Source: a virus. Taken from it: a stretch of 64,000 nt of DNA. Below, in pieces: positions 1-9,859 of this stretch. Numbering within the stretch: position 1 is the first letter of the stretch; the number at the start of each line of letters is the position of its first letter. Where the stretch lies: IMG/VR virus record IMGVR_UViG_3300018915_000002. One strand, given 5' to 3'. The notes under the pieces were generated by a model, which saw only the letters and a list, made by a program, of their open reading frames with translations, was not told the origin of the DNA and made no database searches. The translations under genes and the position numbers were made by a program.

Positions 1-48
1 CAAGAACGGGGCATGGCTAGCCTAGTTGAAAAATTCCTTTTTTCTTCA

Positions 49-168
49 TCATTTGTCATTGTTCGCGAACCGCTGAAAGGCAATCATGATCGATGAAGAG
101 TGCTGAACCGTTGTTTCCATGTTTGCATAAACCTGCAATTCCTCTGGGTTAATCGGATACTGCGTCAT
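49..168 (-). CDS. Small hypothetical protein (39 aa, MTQYPINPEEL...)
   Basis: Below the ORF-track cutoff; preceded by the AAGCAAAATCATG leader seen on other small genes. Confidence 0.4.
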   Translation of the reverse strand: MTQYPINPEELQVYANMETTVQHSSSIMIAFQRFANNDK

Positions 169-494
169 GATTTTGCTTGAAATATATTGAGAAATACTGT
201 ATTTATTGCAACAAAACACTAGATTGATAAAGCGATCGCACTATCAGATCGCGCCACGGAAGTCCGTGACGAAGAATCCATTCAAGAGGATGGATTTTTT
301 TGTTGTCTAATGAAGGGCAAAATAATAAAGATCTTATCCCCCTCATGAAATGGAACACGCCCCGGAATTCAAGCTGTTGGTCTCAATCGTTGGGAAAATG
401 GCGCAAGCACTAAGAATCTACGCCAAAGGCTGCGTCAATCCAGAACTTGCCGAAGAGACCTTAAAGGAATACGAAGCGACGATGAGACAACTGT

Positions 495-2525
495 GTGGTG
501 GTCGATGCTCAAATGGGCGAAGATAGGAAAAACTCTTTGTCGCCTCAAATGCTCGATCTTGGCACTCGCTATCAAATAGCTCTGCTCCAGTCTCAGTTGC
601 TGGAATGGAAACTGCTGCAAAGCCAAGGACTGATTGAGCGCAAAGAGGACTGGCGTGATGCTGAGGTAGTGAGGGATGCCACCGGGAGGTTCGCATCGAC
701 TGGGAGAACCCTGTCCAAAGTCGCGGATGATATTAAATCCGGTTTCTCTCCAGATCACCTCAAGGAAATTGAAAAATCAATCCATAACAGTCTCTCCAAC
801 GGCACCCTCGAAGTTCGCAACATCTTAGATAATGCCTTCGGAAATGGCGCTGCTGCATGGCGAAAGGAAGTTGCAGATAGCTTTGGGGATATGACCAAGG
901 GATTGCGAGGAGCTATCCTCAAAAACCCATTCCCTGTACTCACCAAGCAGGCAAATGAGGCGATCGCACGGTTGGAGCAGTACTCGAACAAAGCCATAGA
1001 CGCGGCAACCCAAAACGCCATATCAAAGGAGGTTGCCAGCCTATTTAATAGAGCCAATACCCAGTACGACAAGACAATTTACGACCTTGGGCATTTAGAA
1101 GGGAAGCCGAAGGTCGTGCAGCTATTAGGGAAAGCGGCAGCCGAACTAATTCCTCAGGCAATCTTTATAGGAGGCTTCTACTTCGGTGGACTGCTTGCCA
1201 ATTGGGCAATATTTGCTGCCCTCTTCCCGGCTGGGGTAGCCGTTGCAGGGGTAGGGACAGTAGGTGCTAGGATTCCCCCACTAACGCAGATTTCGAGGCA
1301 AGTTGCTCTTCTTACGGCAACGAGTGAAGTGGCAAAGCTCGATAGAGAAGCTAGGGGCATAGATGAGGAAGCTCTTAAAAATATGCCTTGGTGGAAGAGG
1401 GCTGGGGAGGAGACGAGATCTGTCTTCGTCTATCTTTTTGCCAGTGCAGGTATAGCAGTAGGGCTTGCAGCAATAGATGGCACCTTAATTCGATTCGGTA
1501 AAGATCTTGTTAAGGAGGCAGCGGCTAACGCACTTGCTCGTAAGAATATGCCTGCCGAAATCAAGGCAACCTTAGCGGAAGTTCGCAAAAGCCTCCCACG
1601 GAAGGAGAAGCTGGTTGAACAAAAGATAGCCCAGTTGGCGGAGCATTACAAAGACAGTAAGCCCATGCCTGCTCAGGTTGCGGCTCACGTTTACAAAAGG
1701 GCAGTTAAGTTTGAGCGAGACCTCCTCAATCGGTTTAAAGATGTGCCAGAACTCCCTGAGCTTGTGGAGGCGGCGAATATCAACATCCAACGGGCAATCC
1801 ACGAAGCGGAAATTCACGTCCGCGCACCTGACCCCGCTGTCCCTCAAATCCTCAACTCTCGCTTCAAGACAACGTTCGAGACCAATAGCCGTACCCTGAA
1901 AGGCTACATGCAAAAGCGTAGTCGGGTGGAAAAGAACTTCTTTGGCATCGACAAGGAGTGGCCACCTGAAGAGCGCCCCATTTATGGGTACTTCGCTCGA
2001 CCTGGAAATACAGCAAAACTAGAAGGGGCAAATACAGATGGATATGGTGCGATCGCACTCAAGCTCAAACCGAGTACCAAGCGTCGTGCGACATTCCTGG
2101 GACACGATTCATTCTGGGCAAATGATATGGGATCTATCGCCTCAACCCATGACGTGCCTACAGTTGGGACTTTTTTAAGTGGACAGGAAAGCAAGGCTGA
2201 GACAGTGCGAATAATTTCAGAACTAGCTAAGGCGAAGGATATTGAGGCGATTCGCCAGGTCGCCGGTACCGTTAAAATTCCGGGCAGTAGTATACTCGCC
2301 AAAGCCTCGTACCTGGAGGCTGTCGTGCATGGTGGCGTTGATGGCTCGGAAGTGGCAGAAGTGATTTTCCCTCATATTCCAAAGAACAGGGTGTTAGCCT
2401 TCGAGAAGCTAGCAAAGGTGAGAAAGGACTCAGGGCAAGATCTTGGGGACGAATACCTTAATGCAATAATTGATACAATCAATACGGCAAGAGAAAAGGG
2501 CATTCCCGTAATATTTGGGGGTTAA
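495..2525 (+). CDS. Putative phage effector: N-terminal RDxxGRF motif, central hydrophobic helices, C-terminal DUF3626-like (possible ADP-ribosyltransferase fold) domain
   Basis: VRDATGRFAS; ERPIYGY...GYGAIALKLK...RATFLGHDS...YLEAVVHGG resembles DUF3626 motifs. Confidence 0.55.
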   Translation: MVVDAQMGEDRKNSLSPQMLDLGTRYQIALLQSQLLEWKLLQSQGLIERKEDWRDAEVVRDATGRFASTGRTLSKVADDIKSGFSPDHLKEIEKSIHNSLSNGTLEVRNILDNAFGNGAAAWRKEVADSFGDMTKGLRGAILKNPFPVLTKQANEAIARLEQYSNKAIDAATQNAISKEVASLFNRANTQYDKTIYDLGHLEGKPKVVQLLGKAAAELIPQAIFIGGFYFGGLLANWAIFAALFPAGVAVAGVGTVGARIPPLTQISRQVALLTATSEVAKLDREARGIDEEALKNMPWWKRAGEETRSVFVYLFASAGIAVGLAAIDGTLIRFGKDLVKEAAANALARKNMPAEIKATLAEVRKSLPRKEKLVEQKIAQLAEHYKDSKPMPAQVAAHVYKRAVKFERDLLNRFKDVPELPELVEAANINIQRAIHEAEIHVRAPDPAVPQILNSRFKTTFETNSRTLKGYMQKRSRVEKNFFGIDKEWPPEERPIYGYFARPGNTAKLEGANTDGYGAIALKLKPSTKRRATFLGHDSFWANDMGSIASTHDVPTVGTFLSGQESKAETVRIISELAKAKDIEAIRQVAGTVKIPGSSILAKASYLEAVVHGGVDGSEVAEVIFPHIPKNRVLAFEKLAKVRKDSGQDLGDEYLNAIIDTINTAREKGIPVIFGG

Positions 2526-2526
2526 G

Positions 2527-2754
2527 ATGGAATTTCCAGGATACAAGCCGATTGAAGAAATTCAGATTGCAACCCGTAGTGATAAAGCTAACGTTATTGC
2601 GATCGCCTCATGCCAACTAGGATTGATTGTACGGGTTGAGAGCAATCCACCGTCCCAAGGAATGCTACTCGATAGCCTACTAAACCACACACCACCCGAT
2701 TCCTTAAGTTGGAATGAGGAGAACTGGGCGAAAGTGGAACACTTGAATGGATAG
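2527..2754 (+). CDS. Small hypothetical protein, candidate immunity partner of the upstream effector
   Basis: ATG 1 nt after the upstream stop codon; 75 aa. Confidence 0.5.
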   Translation: MEFPGYKPIEEIQIATRSDKANVIAIASCQLGLIVRVESNPPSQGMLLDSLLNHTPPDSLSWNEENWAKVEHLNG

Positions 2755-2785
2755 ATCACGGAGTTCCGTGGTTTCAATCTGCCCT

Positions 2786-2837
2786 GTCAACTGCCCCACC
2801 CACAAGGCGACGGGGTTTTCTCGGCGATTTTTATAAA
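2786..2837 (+). mobile_element. Minimal IS200/IS605 (IscB-type) end fusion or MITE remnant
   Basis: GTCAACTGCCCCACCCACAAG joined to GCGACGGGGTTTTCTCGGCGATTTTTATAA resembles left and right ends of IscB-carrying elements. Confidence 0.4.
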
Positions 2838-2839
2838 AC

Positions 2840-2874
2840 AAAAGTCCGCCACGGATCTCCGTGACGGACTTTTT
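2840..2874. terminator. Bidirectional terminator with the 14-bp palindrome as its apex
   Basis: AAAAGTCCG-c-CACGGATCTCCGTG-a-CGGACTTTTT between convergent genes. Confidence 0.7.
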
Positions 2875-2888
2875 AGTCATTGCTGAAA

Positions 2889-3371
2889 TTATTTACTCAG
2901 CCAGAAGCTGAGCAGGCAACCAAGCTGGTAGTAATAGCCATCTGGGGATTTTTCTAGACCCAGTTCTTTGGCTTTTTTCTCCTCAATCATGTAGTGGAAT
3001 GGGTGGTAGGAATAGGTGTTGTCATGGAGTTCTTTACTATATATGAATCCCCCTTCGATAAAACTTGAACGAGAACAAATCATGAAGCCTAATTGATAGG
3101 CGGCATTTAGATCTCTCGCTTGAATGAAGAGGGTTCTCTCCCCATCAAACTCCACCGTGTTCCACAAGGTGTAGTAGTCTCGCTGGATCAATACTTCCGC
3201 CATGAATTCTCCTGCATAAGAGGATTCACATATCGCCTTAATTGCCAGTAGAGAATCTTCTTTTTCTCGAAGAAACTCCGGCTTTTCTAGGTCATCGAAG
3301 AATCTGTGGCAGATTTCTTCGACACTTAAACTCTTGAAGAACTCGATCAGTACCTGCTGATTACTTTGCAT
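2889..3371 (-). CDS. Hypothetical protein
   Basis: 160-aa ORF with AAAGCAAAATCATG leader and TGTTACAAT extended -10. Confidence 0.7.
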   Translation of the reverse strand: MQSNQQVLIEFFKSLSVEEICHRFFDDLEKPEFLREKEDSLLAIKAICESSYAGEFMAEVLIQRDYYTLWNTVEFDGERTLFIQARDLNAAYQLGFMICSRSSFIEGGFIYSKELHDNTYSYHPFHYMIEEKKAKELGLEKSPDGYYYQLGCLLSFWLSK

Positions 3372-3474
3372 GATTTTGCTTTAAAAGACCATACACACAT
3401 TGTAACACTTGTGTAGTACAGGATTCTGTACTAAGGCATTAAACTAGAACAGCAACAAACCTCACTTATTAAGT

Positions 3475-3807
3475 ATGGATAGCAACAGTCTTGAAGAACA
3501 GATTAGAGAGCATCGAGACAAGGCATTAGCGGATCAAGAAGCTGACCACGAAAGGAGAATCGCCCAGATCCGAGCTGGACACGAACAGAGGATTGCTGAC
3601 TTTGAAGCCAGGATCGAGAAATACTTTAATTTAATGAAGGAGTTCCAATCCGCACTTGGTTTGTCGAGAGAAGACTGCAACAGACTAATGCAGGATAATG
3701 CACGTTTACAAGCCGAGTTACAGCAGTCTAAAGAGATGTACAACCAACTACTAAAAGTGGTTCAAAGTGCGATCTCGTCGCAAGAGTCTAATAAAAAAAC
3801 TTCGTGA
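3475..3807 (+). CDS. Coiled-coil hypothetical protein
   Basis: 110 aa, heptad-rich in E/Q/R. Confidence 0.65.
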   Translation: MDSNSLEEQIREHRDKALADQEADHERRIAQIRAGHEQRIADFEARIEKYFNLMKEFQSALGLSREDCNRLMQDNARLQAELQQSKEMYNQLLKVVQSAISSQESNKKTS

Positions 3808-3854
3808 TTTAACACACCACGAAGTTTCTTTATCAAAGAGTTATAGCAATTGTC

Positions 3855-5396
3855 TCAAGACGCAGTTGCCAGTAGTAGCTCACCATCTTTACTATCAAGC
3901 AAATGCCGCAATTTATCCAGCCCTGTCTCAGTAATCCGATAGGGCTTATTTTTTTTCTTAGCTTCGCTATCCGTATCTCTATACTCTAAGCAATTGTTCC
4001 GCAACAGATTGTCTACATTGCGGCTATAAGCCTCTTTCCACCGTGGGAATGGATTTTTCCCTTCTCCTATTAATTCCTTGTCCTCTTCGGTAAAGGAATA
4101 CCTGTTTTCTGCCTCCTCATATAGTTCTCGCCTCGTCATCGACTTAGTGCTAAACAAAGTGAGGACTTGTATTGTAAATTTCTCTGTATATTCACGAGAA
4201 ATAGCACTTTTTCTTTCCTCAACCGACGCAGGAAGTAGCGGGAGCGGGAGCGGGAAAGACTTGATATTACTTTGTGCTTTTTTCAAGGGAAGCGAGTCTA
4301 GTTTTCCTAAGATTTCTTGAGCTGCTTTTGTCCCATCTGGAGTTAGAGCATAGACAACCTCGCGCTGACTTTCAATATCAAAACTTTCCTCGCACTCCAC
4401 AAGTCCCTCTTTGATCAAGTAATCCAAGCATAAAGAATAACCTACTATCCAATTCCAGCAACTTACCAATTGTTTGCTTTCTTGTTCATCTCCATAAGTT
4501 AGTGTGGTTTTACTCCACAATTTCTCATCAAAATCAAACAATTCAATAGCCTTTCTGCTAATCGCAACTTCCTCCTGAGGAATCTTAGTTATCCATAGGA
4601 TATAGATAACTTGATTCCATACATTAATCCAGTATTCATCAGACTCTAATAAACCAGCTCGTTCTTTTTGAGCCTCGTTCTTTTTCAGTTCATTCCAAGT
4701 CGTCGATATCTTTAACGCGGAAGCAGCATCGCCCTGCTCAATTGCTTTCTGGAGTTCTCCTCGAAGCAACTCGTCAACCTTATCTAAACCGATACAATCG
4801 ATGACGGCATTACTGAAAAAATCACTCATGGTTTTCTTGCTTAACTTAATATTAGGTAAATATCCTTCGAGGCGAACTTGTGAGTTTTCAATGACTTCCC
4901 AAGCCCCATCCCCGAAAAACTGTTCGCACCAATGACGAACTGTGGCAGTGAGCGATCGCTCACCAAACCACCAGGTTACTGGAATTCCGGTATCCAGATA
5001 ATCACGCGATCGCTGCTCCAGTCCATCTTTTCCACGAATTAGAATCGGAGAAATCTGGCACTCATAGACAGCAACAATCTTCCCCTCTTGAATAGCCGAC
5101 ACGTCAGCAATCCGACACTTGTCCTGCAACCACTGCTCAGTCGTAATTTGAAGATCAGGAAACGTCTGAGTAAGACGGTGCAAGAGCAGCTTTTTCCCGA
5201 TCTCGTGTTCTAATGACTCTCGGCTAACAACTAATTTGGTATGGCAAACTGAATTCGGTTTGTGGCAGTAATGATCTACCCACCCAAACCTCTGGCGGAA
5301 ATATACAGGACTTAGGCAGTCAGGACACACCGCATCTGCTTCTCCAGTACCAGCGAAGATAGGGGATTTTGTTTGCGATGAAATGGCTTGTCGCAT
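3855..5396 (-). CDS. CoiA-like PD-(D/E)xK nuclease fused to C-terminal winged-helix (Mrr_N-like) domain(s)
   Basis: CPDC...HYCHK...C, ESLEH, RIADV...YECQISPI...LEQRSRDY...WWFG; C-terminal ELYEEAENRYSFTEEDKEL...PRWK...YRITETG. Start moved to ATG 5396. Confidence 0.7.
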   Translation of the reverse strand: MRQAISSQTKSPIFAGTGEADAVCPDCLSPVYFRQRFGWVDHYCHKPNSVCHTKLVVSRESLEHEIGKKLLLHRLTQTFPDLQITTEQWLQDKCRIADVSAIQEGKIVAVYECQISPILIRGKDGLEQRSRDYLDTGIPVTWWFGERSLTATVRHWCEQFFGDGAWEVIENSQVRLEGYLPNIKLSKKTMSDFFSNAVIDCIGLDKVDELLRGELQKAIEQGDAASALKISTTWNELKKNEAQKERAGLLESDEYWINVWNQVIYILWITKIPQEEVAISRKAIELFDFDEKLWSKTTLTYGDEQESKQLVSCWNWIVGYSLCLDYLIKEGLVECEESFDIESQREVVYALTPDGTKAAQEILGKLDSLPLKKAQSNIKSFPLPLPLLPASVEERKSAISREYTEKFTIQVLTLFSTKSMTRRELYEEAENRYSFTEEDKELIGEGKNPFPRWKEAYSRNVDNLLRNNCLEYRDTDSEAKKKNKPYRITETGLDKLRHLLDSKDGELLLATAS

Positions 5397-5459
5397 TGAA
5401 AAAATTTCAATCTCTAAAGCAATATTTGCACAAAATAGGCAGAAGGCCACATTTTTTGG

Positions 5460-7748
5460 TCACGGAGTTCCGTGGTTGACTGGAATCCCAGTGAAGGAGA
5501 CTCCTCCCATTCCTGGTTCCCGCAAGGCAATTAGCGCGGTAATATCAGCAAAGCTTGCTGCATGGAAATAGTGATCTGGCGCTCCAGGTGGTTCTATCCA
5601 GCCATCAGGTAGCCTGTCTGATGTGAGGAAGTGGTGCAAGAGATTTCCGTTATCTTTGGGGCTATAGGTTGTATGGGCAGGAAAATGCATCTTACGGCGA
5701 TAGACGCGATCGCGAACGGTGTCGAGTCCGTGTGTTCTATCGAGTAGGTACACAGGCACCAGATCTTCCTTTCCCTTCACCCGTGAGGAATTCTTGGTGC
5801 TTTTCACCTTCCTTAGAGTCCTACGCCACTGTTCTCCTTTGAGCTTTATCTGGTCGAACAGTAGTACCTGGAAGCGATGCCCAACCTTAACCTGACCTGG
5901 CTCCCAGAATTCATCTTCTAAGACAAACTCCACTTCTCCCGGTAGCTTCTCTTTGAAGAATTTATCTAAATCCCGGACATTCCAAGACTGGGTGGAGCGC
6001 GGGAAAATTGTGTATTCAGCGAGGTAGGCGTCAGTCGGGAGATCTCCCCTGCCGTGCTGTATGAACTTGGCAGTTGCCCAACCGTACCGTTCAAGGTATG
6101 GTTCAAAGATGGGGATGGCTTTGCGGTTGTTTACCTTAGCCAAGCAATATTGGGAATAGAGTGGGCGCTGACCCGGAAGATGCCCCAGAGCGAACTCGAC
6201 AGCGGTGTTGAACTCTGGCTCATTATCTAGCCCGATCGCATCAATCTTGAACTGCCGAGCTAGGCTTTCTAATTCATCAAAGTCTCCAATCTCTCGCCAA
6301 TCAAGTACCTCGGCATGACCGTCTGCCCAACTCAATTCCTTGTCTTGGTTATTGGCATAGTAAAATCCAATTGTGATCATCCAGTTGCTGTAGCGCCCTT
6401 GGTCAATACCAGCGACGACAATATCAGGTTTGCGTTCAAAGGGGACAGGTAAGCCCACACAGCCTTGGAGTTGAGATAAGGCAATCTTTCCTCCACCGAG
6501 ACTAATTGCCTTGCCGAGCATTTCTTGTATCCCCAATGCTGGCTTCTTAGTAGTCCACATGAACCGGATGCGTTCTACCGGATCAAATGTCCAGCTTGCG
6601 AGTTTTGGCAGGTGCATGGCGACTGTCTCGCGCACAGGTTCTTGATTCTCTAGTGCGTAGCGATTCAGTTCTACTAAAGTGATTCCTGTATTGGAGCAGA
6701 CAAACGCCCCTGCATCAAACGTCTCTTTCTCTAACTCAATTTCGCATTCTTGGCAGCCAACGTATGCCGTTGCGATCGCTTCATCCTTAGCATGGTCTTG
6801 TAGCTGCCAGTCATTTATCCCTGGAGGGTTATCTGAATAGTGGAACCACTTCAGTGGCCGCCCCATTCGATCCACATACCGTATTTCACTGATTCCATCC
6901 TCAGTTACCTCTACAGGCTTAAGGAAGTTGCCGAAAGCATCTAGGAATTGGACGCAGTTGCAGGTAGGGCAAACAATCTGCCACTGAAATATGTACTTTG
7001 CCTTGCGTACTTCGACATCAACCGTTCCACCTTCCATCGCTGGGGTGCTGCCTGCTCTCGTTGGCTTAGTGGGCCACCGAGACTGTCCGAATCGGGGGGC
7101 AAGCGCATCTAGGATTCCGGGCGCACATAATCCCCACTCGTCAACACAGGCAACACGGGTGGTGAATGAACGAATCTTGGAAGCCGATTGTTCATCATCC
7201 TTTGAGGATTGGACTTTTGCGGGAAAAAGCTCTAGGGGTACTCCTGCGATACTGATACTTTTCTTCGCATCAGAGTCCTGGCGCTTATAAACCCGCTGGC
7301 TCTCTCTTGAAAGCTCCTTGAGTGGCTCACACTTATCAAACGCCAACTGGATGCGATCTGTTGACATCTTCAACAGTTTGTCTTGGGATTCAAACCCAAG
7401 GGCAATAGGCGATCGCGCATAACCTAAGCAGAACGCGCACATAGCCACCAAGACCTCGGAAAACCCCAATTGTGCGGGTTTGCTGATTACGACCTTCTCC
7501 AGCCACAGGTTGCCAAATGTAAGGGCAAACTGATAGAAGAACGGTTCATCCCAACTGAGTTTATCCCCTGTATGGGTTAGGTAATGCTGATCCACCCACC
7601 AGATAAACAGCTCTCCACCCTTTGCGTACCACTCCTTGACGGCTGAATCACGCTGAAAGGCGGATTCCTCAATGAATTTATCACTCTCGCTTTTGTTGCT
7701 GCCCCGCGCATTCTCGGCGGATTTGATAACGGCACTGACCTTAAACAT
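5460..7748 (-). CDS. terL: Terminase large subunit, lambda gpA family
   Basis: KPAQLGFSE (Walker A-like), CVDEW (Walker B), GSTP, CPTC/CQEC Zn knuckles, AGIDQG nuclease motif, DHYFHA. Confidence 0.85.
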   Translation of the reverse strand: MFKVSAVIKSAENARGSNKSESDKFIEESAFQRDSAVKEWYAKGGELFIWWVDQHYLTHTGDKLSWDEPFFYQFALTFGNLWLEKVVISKPAQLGFSEVLVAMCAFCLGYARSPIALGFESQDKLLKMSTDRIQLAFDKCEPLKELSRESQRVYKRQDSDAKKSISIAGVPLELFPAKVQSSKDDEQSASKIRSFTTRVACVDEWGLCAPGILDALAPRFGQSRWPTKPTRAGSTPAMEGGTVDVEVRKAKYIFQWQIVCPTCNCVQFLDAFGNFLKPVEVTEDGISEIRYVDRMGRPLKWFHYSDNPPGINDWQLQDHAKDEAIATAYVGCQECEIELEKETFDAGAFVCSNTGITLVELNRYALENQEPVRETVAMHLPKLASWTFDPVERIRFMWTTKKPALGIQEMLGKAISLGGGKIALSQLQGCVGLPVPFERKPDIVVAGIDQGRYSNWMITIGFYYANNQDKELSWADGHAEVLDWREIGDFDELESLARQFKIDAIGLDNEPEFNTAVEFALGHLPGQRPLYSQYCLAKVNNRKAIPIFEPYLERYGWATAKFIQHGRGDLPTDAYLAEYTIFPRSTQSWNVRDLDKFFKEKLPGEVEFVLEDEFWEPGQVKVGHRFQVLLFDQIKLKGEQWRRTLRKVKSTKNSSRVKGKEDLVPVYLLDRTHGLDTVRDRVYRRKMHFPAHTTYSPKDNGNLLHHFLTSDRLPDGWIEPPGAPDHYFHAASFADITALIALREPGMGGVSFTGIPVNHGTP

Positions 7749-7942
7749 TAGTAGCCCATTTCCCGGCGTGATGGGGGTAACTCAAGCCACTTTTCCAGGT
7801 AGGCGATCGGGACGACATTCGGATCTAGGTTTCGCATCTCCCGACAGTACCAAGTCCACTGAAGGAAGAGTTTCTCGTCCCTCGCTCTAAGATGCTTCAG
7901 GCATTCCTGCATCTGTTCGTCCCAAGGCGGTTTATCTGGCAT
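7748..7942 (-). CDS. Hypothetical protein
   Basis: 64 aa; its stop overlaps the terL start. Confidence 0.55.
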   Translation of the reverse strand: MPDKPPWDEQMQECLKHLRARDEKLFLQWTWYCREMRNLDPNVVPIAYLEKWLELPPSRREMGY

Positions 7943-7995
7943 GGAAGTTTTAAAGTGGCGGCAATCCTATTCTGAGCCAGAATCTCAGCAAACGC

Positions 7996-8030
7996 AAAAA
8001 CCCCTAGACCTTTTTAGATCTAGGGGTTTT
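7996..8030. terminator. Rho-independent terminator
   Basis: AAAAACCCCTAGA...TCTAGGGGTTTT, adjacent to palindrome copy 8037. Confidence 0.7.
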
Positions 8031-8050
8031 GTTCGCCACGGAGTTCCGTG

Positions 8051-9043
8051 TTAGTCGGTTTCTACCTTGAACCCTTTGCCTTCAATTTCAGCAATAAGGG
8101 CTACAATTTCCTCAACTAATTGAGAATGCTCAGAAGATTTAGATATCCAGCCCCAGTACTCTGATAGGCTTTCATCTTGGGAGATGACCTCGTATTCCCC
8201 ACTGAGATACCCAATATGACCAACTACCTTAAGAGAGCCATAAGCGCCTTCGGAGTATATGACATGGGTTAACTGATGGAAATTGTATTCCTGAAGTAGG
8301 GCTTTCCGCTGTTCGTCCTCTTTCTTGTGTTCTGCGAGACATTCCCTTGTCACTTGGCGGGAGATTTCAATCAACTCCTGTTGACGCTCAAGGTATTCCT
8401 CGTAGGATGTAGGTTCATGTTCTGAGCCTTTTGGGAAGCGCTGACTCAACTGAGTCAGAATATTGCTTGCAAATTCAATATTCTCTTTCTGCTCCTTTTC
8501 GGTGTAAGGCGTTCCGATTCCGATACCGTTAGCAGGCGTTTTGAAGATGATAAAGATCATCTCTCGGATACCCGCTAGATAATCTCGATGAATATCATCT
8601 GGCACCTCTGCCATGCAAGCGTACTCACACAGGGGATAAATGCTCAGGCGATCGCCCTCTACTAGAGCAAGTAGGTCTGCATTCTCTCTGCGAAAACGCA
8701 TTTTGCTGTTATGCTCTCTTACCCTGCATAACCCTTCTGCTCGAATGGTTTGAGCCATCTCAGTATGCAAATCATTTTTGAATGACTTTTTCCATGCGGT
8801 TATTTCCTCTTCTTCAGAGCGAAATACTGAATCTGGATCGCGGACTGGATACCCTTCACCCAATTCTTCAATACCTTTAAGAACTCCTCCTTCCCACTCA
8901 TAGCCGTTACCATTCACGCAAAATAGTTGGTGCAGACAGTCTGCGCGATTTTTGAACAGGGAAGGATACTCCCAGATCATCTTTACGATGCGCTGGTAGA
9001 GAACGTTGGAGGCAATCGCGGGACTTACATCGTTGTTGTACAT
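8051..9043 (-). CDS. Hypothetical protein
   Basis: 330-aa ORF with AAAGCAAAACCATG leader. Confidence 0.75.
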   Translation of the reverse strand: MYNNDVSPAIASNVLYQRIVKMIWEYPSLFKNRADCLHQLFCVNGNGYEWEGGVLKGIEELGEGYPVRDPDSVFRSEEEEITAWKKSFKNDLHTEMAQTIRAEGLCRVREHNSKMRFRRENADLLALVEGDRLSIYPLCEYACMAEVPDDIHRDYLAGIREMIFIIFKTPANGIGIGTPYTEKEQKENIEFASNILTQLSQRFPKGSEHEPTSYEEYLERQQELIEISRQVTRECLAEHKKEDEQRKALLQEYNFHQLTHVIYSEGAYGSLKVVGHIGYLSGEYEVISQDESLSEYWGWISKSSEHSQLVEEIVALIAEIEGKGFKVETD

Positions 9044-9459
9044 GGTTTTGCTTTCTCCTTGTTATTTTTGGGGGTTAGAGGACACCAATCAGGAATGAGA
9101 TCCGGTAGATCGCATCTTGGTTGGGTCAAGAACTGCCACTCTTTGAACGAGCGATGTGTACACCAGTAAATAAAACAATGAGGGCAGTCCTTGCAAGATT
9201 CAAGTTGCTCTTTATCTACTTCATTGTCTCTTAATGCACAATCTAGGATTTTTTTAAACCCTTCGCCGCTTGAACAATCTGTAACGATTCCATCGAGAAC
9301 TACCTGCCTATCAATGAATCCGTGAATCAAGGTATGTTCTTGCAGGAAAAATCCATTCTTTAGCTTGAACAGCCTGAATTTACCATGACTTAGGTGGATG
9401 GGATAGAGAGGGATTTCCTTGCCTTCGACTTCCGAGAGTACTGAATAGATGAGTGCCAT
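9025..9459 (-). CDS. Hypothetical protein with C-terminal Cys-rich (Zn-binding-like) domain
   Basis: CKDCPHC...CTHRSFKEWQFL...IPDWCPL. Confidence 0.7.
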   Translation of the reverse strand: MALIYSVLSEVEGKEIPLYPIHLSHGKFRLFKLKNGFFLQEHTLIHGFIDRQVVLDGIVTDCSSGEGFKKILDCALRDNEVDKEQLESCKDCPHCFIYWCTHRSFKEWQFLTQPRCDLPDLIPDWCPLTPKNNKEKAKPCTTTM

Positions 9460-9463
9460 CTGC

Positions 9464-9724
9464 TCACTCCCGGATATCTTTGACTAACAATGCTGCTGCT
9501 AGCTGTTCATTTGCGACAGCAACAGGATTTCGGTTCCGCCTCTCAAAGTACGGACGCTCTGATCTCAACCTGTACTTTGGTCGTACAATTTCCAACCGAC
9601 AGAAACGCGGCACATGAATCCAAACAAATGGGGTTTTGCGGTAAATCAGCAAGTCAATCTCGCCGACTTCGCAAACCAACTCGTAACTTTGAAGCGCGAT
9701 CGCTTCACTTATTTGATTGCTCAT
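9464..9724 (-). CDS. Hypothetical protein
   Basis: AAAGCAAAATTATG leader and TGATAACAT extended -10. Confidence 0.65.
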   Translation of the reverse strand: MSNQISEAIALQSYELVCEVGEIDLLIYRKTPFVWIHVPRFCRLEIVRPKYRLRSERPYFERRNRNPVAVANEQLAAALLVKDIRE

Positions 9725-9859
9725 AATTTTGCTTTAATGTGTATCTATTACTATGTTATCACATCAATCGATTGCCTTATTGAAGTAGTGATCGCATCCA
9801 GCACAAAGCCCCCAGATCCAAAAAAGATCTAGGGGCTTACTTGCCACGGAGTTCCGTGC

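Noticed and set aside
418-2302. Antisense and alternate-frame ORFs inside long genes (here and in terL, nrdJ, spike, sigma and others)
   Set aside because: No motifs or start signals; consistent with shadow ORFs. Only 30078..30938 carries recognisable motifs.
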